Shown: one piece after another, positions 57,648 to 64,000 of the stretch | Position numbering within the stretch: position 1 is the stretch's first letter | Layout: every line of letters begins with the position of its first letter | Assembly (NCBI GenBank): GCA_043813075.1 | Contig: JBDRLL010000003.1 | Span: forward strand, 64,001 to 128,000 | Length of the DNA stretch: 64,000 nt | Direction: 5' to 3' | Origin: Candidatus Altiarchaeota archaeon | GTDB taxonomy: Archaea; Altiarchaeota; Altiarchaeia; IMC4; SCGC-AAA252-I15 | Made by a program: the position numbers and the translations under genes | Notes under the pieces: generated by a model | What the model saw: only the letters and a program-made list of their open reading frames with translations | What the model was told of the DNA's origin: nothing | Database searches by the model: none

Positions 57648-59570
57648 ATGAACAAGGACTCTGGACTGGCGAAATACCTCAGGGATGAGGAGAAGATAGC
57701 CAAGATGCTTTTCCTACTAGCTGCCGCGAGCGCTGTCCTAGAGTACTTTGGCGTGGAGCAGAGACTGCCTTTCCATATAGCACTGCTGACTATCGCATTC
57801 ACGCCAATCCTGTTGAAGAGGGAGCAGATGAACAACATGAGGTTTGCCGTACCCTATCTAGCTGCAGCAGCATTGATTTTCACCATGCCCTTGTTCAAGA
57901 ACTTCAGTTACTGGGGGTATCATGACTGGGACTTCCACATGGCCATGAACGAGGTGGCGAGGAGGACCATAATAGAATACTGGCAGATCCCATTCTGGAA
58001 TCCTTTCGCTGGGGGAGGGAAGATATTCCTCGCGAACCCGAGCTCAGGATTCCTAAGCCCGCTCTACGTCATCGTGCTGATATTCGGCACAGTCCACGGA
58101 ATGAAGCTGCAGATAATAGCGCACACCATATTAGGTTTGATAGGGTTCATGCTGCTGTCGAAAAACCTGGGTTTGAAGGGGCATGCTGCATACCTACCAG
58201 GATTCGTGTACATGTTCAACAGCTTCTACAGCCTTCACCTGACGGTAGGCCATTACGCGTGGATAGCCACCTGCTGGCTCCCCTACGTCTTCCTATACTA
58301 CAAGATGAGTTACGAGGAGTTGAGGTACACGCTGGTGGCGGGACTGTTCATCGCACTAATGTATCTTGAGGCTCACGGATACTTGTTCGCATACTCTCTT
58401 CTCGTCATAGGACTGCACGCGTTCTTCAAATTCGCAACAAACCTTCTGTCCCGGCAAACTTCCTTAAGGAGAAAGCTGATGCCGTTGATTATCATACCAC
58501 TGATAGTCAGTTCGACATTGCTTATTGGGTCTGTGAAGATAATACCCACACTATTGTACACTCAAGACTACCCACACAAATTCACGAGACAGCCAGGATT
58601 CCAGCTTTCAACCCTAGAGTACGCCCTCCTGAACACCAGCAGGATAAGCACTTCAATATACTGGCATAACAAAAGCGCGTACATGGGTGTCATACCCATA
58701 CTGCTCGCGTTGATGGGCGTGGTAGTCATGGGGAGGGAGTCGATACCTTTGATACTTGCATTGATCATAATACTGTGGGCGTCGTTCACGACCTACGCGC
58801 AGATAAACATTTGGGAGATGATAAACAAGCTGCCGTTATACCAACACCTTAGGTCGCCCACCAGGCTGATAATGCTGGTCGTGTTCATAATAGCCATCTT
58901 CGCAGGGCAGGGGGCTAAGAAGGTGGACAGGATAAGCGAGAAGCTTACGGCACTCCTCGTCACATACTGTATGATAACCTTCGTCATGTACAACAGTAAC
59001 GTGCTGTACAAGGCGTTCATAATAGAACCATACGCAGTCAAAAGAACAGGCACCGAATTCCAGCAGGGATACTTCAGCGACAAGAAGAGGGGTCAGAACA
59101 CCAACATATTCGCCCACATAAACGCTAACCAAGGCTACCTGAAGGACTACGACCCCGTGAAGAAGAGGAACTACGCCATAGACTTCAGGAACAAAAGCTA
59201 TGAGGGAGAAGCGTTCATGACATCCAACAACAAGGCAGAGCTCACATACTTCTCCCCCAACAAGTTCGTGGTAGAACCCGGTGACGACGGAGTAGTGGTC
59301 TTGAACCAGAACTACGTTGACGGGTGGAGTGCGAACGGGAAGGAAGCACTGAAGGTGGACGGGCTTGTGGGTGCTGAAGCAACCAAAGAAGAGGGAGAAG
59401 TCGCCTTCAAATACACTCCGCCAGGATTCTACCTCGGATTCATGCTGACCACAGGAACACTAGTGCTGACACTGCTCGCGCTGACGAACAACCTGCCAAA
59501 ACTAAAGCAGATGATAAAAGACACCCTCAAAGAGGCCCGGAAGGAGTCCGAACGCGAATACCTCAAGTAG
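57648..59570 (+). CDS. YfhO-like polytopic membrane protein (GT-C-like)
   Basis: PFWNPFAGGG...LANP, LRSPTR, LNQNYVDGW and FKYTP motifs; many TM helices. Confidence 0.78.
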   Translation: MNKDSGLAKYLRDEEKIAKMLFLLAAASAVLEYFGVEQRLPFHIALLTIAFTPILLKREQMNNMRFAVPYLAAAALIFTMPLFKNFSYWGYHDWDFHMAMNEVARRTIIEYWQIPFWNPFAGGGKIFLANPSSGFLSPLYVIVLIFGTVHGMKLQIIAHTILGLIGFMLLSKNLGLKGHAAYLPGFVYMFNSFYSLHLTVGHYAWIATCWLPYVFLYYKMSYEELRYTLVAGLFIALMYLEAHGYLFAYSLLVIGLHAFFKFATNLLSRQTSLRRKLMPLIIIPLIVSSTLLIGSVKIIPTLLYTQDYPHKFTRQPGFQLSTLEYALLNTSRISTSIYWHNKSAYMGVIPILLALMGVVVMGRESIPLILALIIILWASFTTYAQINIWEMINKLPLYQHLRSPTRLIMLVVFIIAIFAGQGAKKVDRISEKLTALLVTYCMITFVMYNSNVLYKAFIIEPYAVKRTGTEFQQGYFSDKKRGQNTNIFAHINANQGYLKDYDPVKKRNYAIDFRNKSYEGEAFMTSNNKAELTYFSPNKFVVEPGDDGVVVLNQNYVDGWSANGKEALKVDGLVGAEATKEEGEVAFKYTPPGFYLGFMLTTGTLVLTLLALTNNLPKLKQMIKDTLKEARKESEREYLK

Positions 59571-60507
59571 AGTTCTCAGGCGCATTCCCAGACAGGACAG
59601 TGTTGTCTATGTCCTTGAACATGGGGAAGCCGCGCTCGCTTATCGGGACATACATGACGCTGTTGTGCTTGTCCAGATTGGTAATCCAGTACCAGCTCAA
59701 GTACGCTGGAGTCAGACTCTGGCCGATTATGTCATTGGCCTTGGATATGCCCTCAGCCTCAATGCGCTTCCTCTCAGCCTCCTTCTGCTCCTTCTGTATA
59801 ACGAACTCCATCTTCTGAGCCTCCTGCTCAGCCTGCAGTTTAACCTCGATGGCACGCTCTATCTGCGGGGGCCGGACTATTGTCCTAACCAGCACCTGCT
59901 CCAAAACTATGTTCTTATCCTGGAACAGAGGCCTTAGGTTGTTGAATATCTTCTTGGCCATCTCAGGCCGCTTCTGGTGCATGTCCATCGCAAGGTATTC
60001 CCCGGCAACGTCGCGTATCGCCGTCCTGGCGACTGGGCGTATGATTATCTTCTCATAGTCTCTCCCGACAGTCTGATGAATCTGATTCGCCTTCTCAGGG
60101 ACTATGTGGTAGAGTATTGTCACGTCAAAGTCGACGTTCAAACCGTCCTTTGATATGGCGGTTATCCTGTCGTCGCCCTTGACACTACCCTCCCCGGAAA
60201 CGATGCTCATGGTATAGTCCTGGGTCTTTACGTTGTAGTTGGTGACCGTCACCCAGGGCGGCTTGAGATGCCACCCCTCATTGAACTCATCCTCCAGAAC
60301 GCCTCCAGACAGGTAGTTGAACCTCACACCACGCTCGCCGGCGCCGACACTCGCAATCAACAAGGGGCTGATGAAGATGAATGCTATGAAAAAAACGATT
60401 AGAAGCGTTATGATTGAGCCGGCCGGACTCCTGCCGCCGGACCTGCCTCTATGATGCCCGGACTCAACGCCAACCGGGATATCAATCTCCTCGCCGAATA
60501 GCCTCAT
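59563..60507 (-). CDS. Prohibitin/SPFH (band 7) protein
   Basis: GAGERGV, EGWHLKPPW, SKDGL and AIEVKLQAEQEAQKM...EAERKRIEAEG motifs. Confidence 0.92.
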   Translation of the reverse strand: MRLFGEEIDIPVGVESGHHRGRSGGRSPAGSIITLLIVFFIAFIFISPLLIASVGAGERGVRFNYLSGGVLEDEFNEGWHLKPPWVTVTNYNVKTQDYTMSIVSGEGSVKGDDRITAISKDGLNVDFDVTILYHIVPEKANQIHQTVGRDYEKIIIRPVARTAIRDVAGEYLAMDMHQKRPEMAKKIFNNLRPLFQDKNIVLEQVLVRTIVRPPQIERAIEVKLQAEQEAQKMEFVIQKEQKEAERKRIEAEGISKANDIIGQSLTPAYLSWYWITNLDKHNSVMYVPISERGFPMFKDIDNTVLSGNAPENST

Positions 60508-60543
60508 GATAGATGATTAGTTCAGTTAGTATATAAGTGACGT

Positions 60544-60948
60544 TTACCCGGACTTGTTTTTGTTTTTCATCTCCCGGAACTTCTCCTTCAGGTCGTCGGG
60601 GGAGCTGACGTTGGAGAACACGAGCTCATAGCCGGTAGAGCCGGCGGTATTGAAGTAGAGTGTGCCGTAGTTCAGAAGCTTGCCCACCATGCCCTGCTTT
60701 ATGATTATGTCCTGTATCTTATCCAAGTCCGCCTCGCGTTTCGTCGTCGACAGGAAACCATACTTGACTTTTATGCGCTCGCTCGTCACCTCATACTTCC
60801 AACGGTTCATCTTCAGCACGCCGAGGATTAGTATGGGTATCCCGAATATAGCGAATATGAATGTTATCGTCAGGAAACCTCCGATTAGCCAGTACCAGTA
60901 AAGGCTCGCAGGCGCGAGCCCACCCTTCCAGACAACCTCCTCCGCCAT
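60544..60948 (-). CDS. Bacterial-type PH domain membrane protein
   Basis: TM hairpin, then YEVTSERI...GFLS...KIQDI..KQG...LNYGTL...TAG. Confidence 0.8.
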   Translation of the reverse strand: MAEEVVWKGGLAPASLYWYWLIGGFLTITFIFAIFGIPILILGVLKMNRWKYEVTSERIKVKYGFLSTTKREADLDKIQDIIIKQGMVGKLLNYGTLYFNTAGSTGYELVFSNVSSPDDLKEKFREMKNKNKSG

Positions 60949-60992
60949 GGTAAATCCTTTTCTTTTGTAAAATAAGTTTCTTTCTTTTTCGT

Positions 60993-61031
60993 AAACGTTT
61001 TTCTTTCTTTCCCAAAGAAAGAAAAAGGTTT
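60993..61031 (-). terminator. AT-rich stem-loop downstream of the tRNA locus
   Basis: aaacgtttttctttcttt-ccc-aaagaaagaaaaaggttt: 18-bp stem with one mismatch. Confidence 0.5.
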
Positions 61032-61112
61032 GCCGCCGACGAGACATTCAGAAGCCTTAGGCTTCTGATGCGCCGGAATCGCTCTTGCGATTCCGAGCGT
61101 TTGAACTCGCGA
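61028..61112 (-). pseudogene. Second copy of the tRNA-Phe 3' end (T arm + acceptor strand) interrupted by a 55-nt BHB intron at 59/60
   Basis: 61028-61044 equals 61117-61133 and 61100-61112 equals 61134-61146; insert 61045-61099. Confidence 0.85.
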
Positions 61113-61119
61113 TGGTGTT

Positions 61120-61223
61120 TGCCGCCGACGAGATTTGAACTCGCGACACCCCGGTTTCGAAAAGCCTTTTGGACTAAGGGGCTCTCTTCAGCCGAGTGCT
61201 CTCCCAGACTGAGCTACAGCGGC
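61120..61223 (-). tRNA. tRNA-Phe(GAA) with a ~30-nt intron at canonical 37/38 (61156-61185); CCA not encoded
   Basis: GCCGCTG TA GCTC AGTCTGGGA GAGC A CTCGG CT GAA G [intron] A CCGGG GTGTC GCGAG TTCAAAT CTCGT CGGCGGC A folds to a cloverleaf. Confidence 0.95.
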
Positions 61224-61374
61224 GAACGCTAGTAACTTATTTCAAGGGTTTATTTCTTGTTGTTTTGGGTTTAAATTCTTTTCTAAATGATTTTTAATGT
61301 TTTTAATGTGGTTTTGATGAAGTTGACGTTTGGTTTGGCGTATATATCAGCATGCAATGCCCTTTTCTTAACAC

Positions 61375-62652
61375 ATGGCTGCCGTAGAATCTGAGAGGGA
61401 ACCTAGACTAACACCCAATCAAATACGCCTAGTTAGGGCCTCTCGTTTCTCGAGGGAGGATGAGAGGCGCTTGGACGAGCTTTTGAAAGGTCCTTTACCT
61501 GACGACCCCAACAGAGGCCTGATTGCTGATGGACTTAGGAGTGAGTATGGACTTCAGGGTGTTGATGATGGTGTTCTCGCGCCGTTGGTTCGGCTTAGGG
61601 TTATGAGGCAGGGTTTGAGGGGGAGGTTAGGGGTAAGCGCTCAGGATGAGGAGGGCTTGCGCGAGTTCATTCGGGTAGAGCCGGGGGAGATTGACAAGTA
61701 TGAGGATTTCGCTCAGAGCTTGAGGAACATGGTGAGAATCCAGGAGGGGATTGGAAGTCGCATAGGCGAGTGGTTGGACGGCAGGGTGGACGAGAGAGTT
61801 GAGAGCGCATGCAAGAGTGAGATTGAAGGCATCAAGTTTCTCACGTTCATAGAGAATCTTGGCGGTGTCGGGGAATACCATAAGGTGCCTGGGATAATAA
61901 CCGAGACTGTTCAGACTGGGAATAGGTTCCTAAGCGACATCATCGGATTCACTGGATACAATACCCTACTCGACACTGACCTGACGGAGAGGATTAAGAA
62001 GCGTTTTGAAGGCCAGCGGCAGGTCAACATCTTGGACTCCGGATGCGGCAAGGGAAGTGCCTTGGCTGAGTTGGTCCAGAATCTGGATAAGGAGTGGGGC
62101 GGCCACACGGTTTTGGATGAGGGTGGTGAGAAGATAGTCTTATTCCGGAACGGTAAGCGACTTAAACTAGTGGGTGTGAGCAGGCTGGAGTACAAGCCGC
62201 ACCAGGATTACATAAATTACGTTGTTAGTGACATAAACCAAGCGCCACTTAAAGGACCCTTTGACGAGATATGGGACGTGTACGGGCCATTAACATATAT
62301 TTTAGAGAAAAAAGAACTGTTGGAGAAGTACTACCGACTTCTAAGGAAGGATGGGGACGGTGGCGAGGCAGGAGCAGTGAGGATAGCGACTAATGAGATG
62401 ATAATACTGCCCCCCAACCTCAATAAACCATTGGAGGAGCTGAATAGTGATGATGTTGAAGCTGGTGGAAGAGAGCTCTCGAGGAGGGTGGACGGCTTTG
62501 AATTGAAAGTCATACGCAGACGGTCGTTGGCTATCGAATTGCGTAGGCTTCACGATCAGATTCAACTGCCACTTGGAAAAGGAGAACCAGTAGCGTATGG
62601 TGGGATATACGTCACAGGCGTTAGAGAGATATACAAGGTGGAGTCGGATTAG
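61375..62652 (+). CDS. Orphan N-terminal domain + class I SAM methyltransferase domain
   Basis: ILDSGCGKG, GPFDEIWDVYG and YYRLLRKDG motifs. Confidence 0.7.
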   Translation: MAAVESEREPRLTPNQIRLVRASRFSREDERRLDELLKGPLPDDPNRGLIADGLRSEYGLQGVDDGVLAPLVRLRVMRQGLRGRLGVSAQDEEGLREFIRVEPGEIDKYEDFAQSLRNMVRIQEGIGSRIGEWLDGRVDERVESACKSEIEGIKFLTFIENLGGVGEYHKVPGIITETVQTGNRFLSDIIGFTGYNTLLDTDLTERIKKRFEGQRQVNILDSGCGKGSALAELVQNLDKEWGGHTVLDEGGEKIVLFRNGKRLKLVGVSRLEYKPHQDYINYVVSDINQAPLKGPFDEIWDVYGPLTYILEKKELLEKYYRLLRKDGDGGEAGAVRIATNEMIILPPNLNKPLEELNSDDVEAGGRELSRRVDGFELKVIRRRSLAIELRRLHDQIQLPLGKGEPVAYGGIYVTGVREIYKVESD

Positions 62653-62698
62653 TAGAATGCTTCCAGACGTGATTCACATGTAGTTAGATTGGGGGAAT

Positions 62699-62956
62699 TC
62701 AGAGTATCTCCGCCTTGGTGCCCAACGCCTGCCCGGGAAGCCCGTTCTCAAAATGGGCCACCACAGCCCCCTTCCCGCCGTGCGTTCTCGTTACTTCACC
62801 AGCCAGCTTCTTGCCTGAGGACGTCGTCCACTCGACCTTCTTGCCCAAGAGTTTCTCTGCATCCTCCTTGCTCTTCGAATCCGCAGGCTGGAGCACCATC
62901 TGCTTGTTGTTCTGCGTGCGCCTGCCGCCCCGGTAGCTTACGACAACTGCTTCCAT
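62699..62956 (-). CDS. rpl35ae: 50S ribosomal protein L35Ae
   Basis: SYRGGRRTQNNKQM...GKKVEW...GEVTRTHGGKGAVVAHFENGLPGQALG. Confidence 0.95.
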   Translation of the reverse strand: MEAVVVSYRGGRRTQNNKQMVLQPADSKSKEDAEKLLGKKVEWTTSSGKKLAGEVTRTHGGKGAVVAHFENGLPGQALGTKAEIL

Positions 62957-63055
62957 CTTAAAAGGTATATATATTGTGCAATCGGCCTTTAAAAAGAGGT
63001 TTCGACCATGGAACTGTTTTGTTTTTATATTATGCTTCTTAATTAAGAGGCACAT

Positions 63056-63589
63056 ATGAAGGAGGTTCGTTTCCACGGTCGGGGGGGTCAGGGTGCTGTG
63101 ACTGCCGCCATGATACTTTCTGTTGCAGCCTTCCATGACGGCAAATACACGCAGGCGTTCCCGAAATTTGGTGTGGAACGGAGGGGTGCTCCTGTGCAGG
63201 CTTTCACCCGTATTTCCGACGAGTTCGTGAGGCGTAAGAGCCAGGTCTACACGCCGGATTACCTTGTAGTCCTCGACAGCACGCTATTCGGCGCTGAAAA
63301 TATCACTGACGGTTTTAAGGAGGACGGCATGATCATAGTAAACACCAACATGAGTGCAGGCGACTTGGGGCTTAAGGGTTTGAACGTCAAGACCCTTGAC
63401 GTCAGCAAGCTCGCTATGGAGGTCTTGGGCAGGGATATTGTGAATACCGCCATGCTCGGCGCCTTCGCGGGATTCACCGGCGAAGTGAGTCTTGAGGGGC
63501 TTCTGAAGGGTGTTGAAGGGCAGTTCTCAGGCGCCATAGCCGAGAAGAACAAGAAACTAGTTGAGGAAGTTTATAATCAGTCAAAATGA
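63056..63589 (+). CDS. porC: Pyruvate:ferredoxin oxidoreductase gamma subunit
   Basis: EVRFHGRGGQGAVT, FGVERRGAPV and NTAMLGA motifs. Confidence 0.95.
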   Translation: MKEVRFHGRGGQGAVTAAMILSVAAFHDGKYTQAFPKFGVERRGAPVQAFTRISDEFVRRKSQVYTPDYLVVLDSTLFGAENITDGFKEDGMIIVNTNMSAGDLGLKGLNVKTLDVSKLAMEVLGRDIVNTAMLGAFAGFTGEVSLEGLLKGVEGQFSGAIAEKNKKLVEEVYNQSK

Positions 63590-63885
63590 GCGTCGACTTG
63601 GGCAAGAAAAAACTGGCTGGAGTTGAGATAACCACAGGCTGTGTTCTGCCCAGCGACGGGAGCACTAAGGCTAACAAGACGGGCGGATGGCGTGCCATGA
63701 GGCCTGTCACCGACCATGAGAAGTGCACTGCCTGCGGCATCTGCTGGGCCTACTGTCCTGACGCGTCGCGGGTTAAAGCCAAGGACGGGAAGTATGATTT
63801 TGACGAGGACTACTGTAAGGGCTGCGGCATCTGCGCCGACGTGTGTCCAGTCAAATGCATTAAGATGGTGGTGGAAGAGAAATGA
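63586..63885 (+). CDS. porD: Pyruvate:ferredoxin oxidoreductase delta subunit
   Basis: KTGGWRAMRP and two CxxCxxCxxxCP motifs. Confidence 0.95.
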   Translation: MSVDLGKKKLAGVEITTGCVLPSDGSTKANKTGGWRAMRPVTDHEKCTACGICWAYCPDASRVKAKDGKYDFDEDYCKGCGICADVCPVKCIKMVVEEK

Positions 63886-63908
63886 ATGTCATAATTATGT
63901 CTTGCCCA

Positions 63909-63964
63909 GTGCGGCTAAGCGAAGCGCATGCCGCACCTTTTGATGAAACTTTTGCAAAAGTTTC
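63909..63964. repeat. Double-hairpin palindromic element between porD and porA
   Basis: gtgcggc...gccgcac stem and a perfect 20-bp palindrome gaaacttttgcaaaagtttc. Confidence 0.75.
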
Positions 63965-63976
63965 GGGGGAGGAAAA

Positions 63977-64000
63977 ATGAGGGAGGTTATGGAGGCGTCT
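63977..64000 (+). CDS. porA: Start of pyruvate:ferredoxin oxidoreductase alpha subunit (truncated by window)
   Basis: GGAGG RBS, then MREVMEAS; expected position after porC-porD. Confidence 0.6.

Noticed and set aside
61028-61112. Trans-spliced split tRNA half
   Set aside because: The fragment begins in the variable/T arm with only a few nt of leader, no long complementary leader is seen, and an intact gene is adjacent.
1-64000. CRISPR array, integrase or transposase
   Set aside because: No regularly spaced repeat-spacer pattern and no recognisable recombinase, transposase or Cas motifs.

Overview
Archaeal chromosomal window, densely coding. The marker set is class I LysRS, PCNA, aIF6, L31e, L35Ae, Hef, HerA, Trm5 and an intron-containing tRNA-Phe; the gene content and style of orphan genes suggest a DPANN-associated lineage such as Ca. 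Altiarchaeota (inference, not verified). Housekeeping genes cover purine, His and Phe synthesis, tRNA modification, translation, replication/repair and pyruvate:ferredoxin oxidoreductase, interleaved with glycosyltransferases and orphans. The highlights are: (1) a ~13 kb island (31.7-44.8 kb) with six radical SAM enzymes (three cobalamin-binding type, three divergent MJ0619/Tes-like paralogs lacking the N-terminal auxiliary-cluster motif), plus a methyltransferase, a GT-C glycosyltransferase and a geranylgeranyl reductase, which is a candidate undescribed membrane-lipid/glycolipid tailoring system; (2) a RaSEA-ArcS-domain fusion, a possible single-chain archaeosine synthase; (3) a tandem second copy of the tRNA-Phe 3' end carrying a perfect BHB intron at position 59/60; (4) a methyltransferase gene flanked by an exact 34-bp duplication of an intergenic region; (5) a CbrT-like ECF B12 importer with a divergent secreted partner. 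No CRISPR array, integrase or transposase was seen. All product calls come from motif recognition, not database searches.
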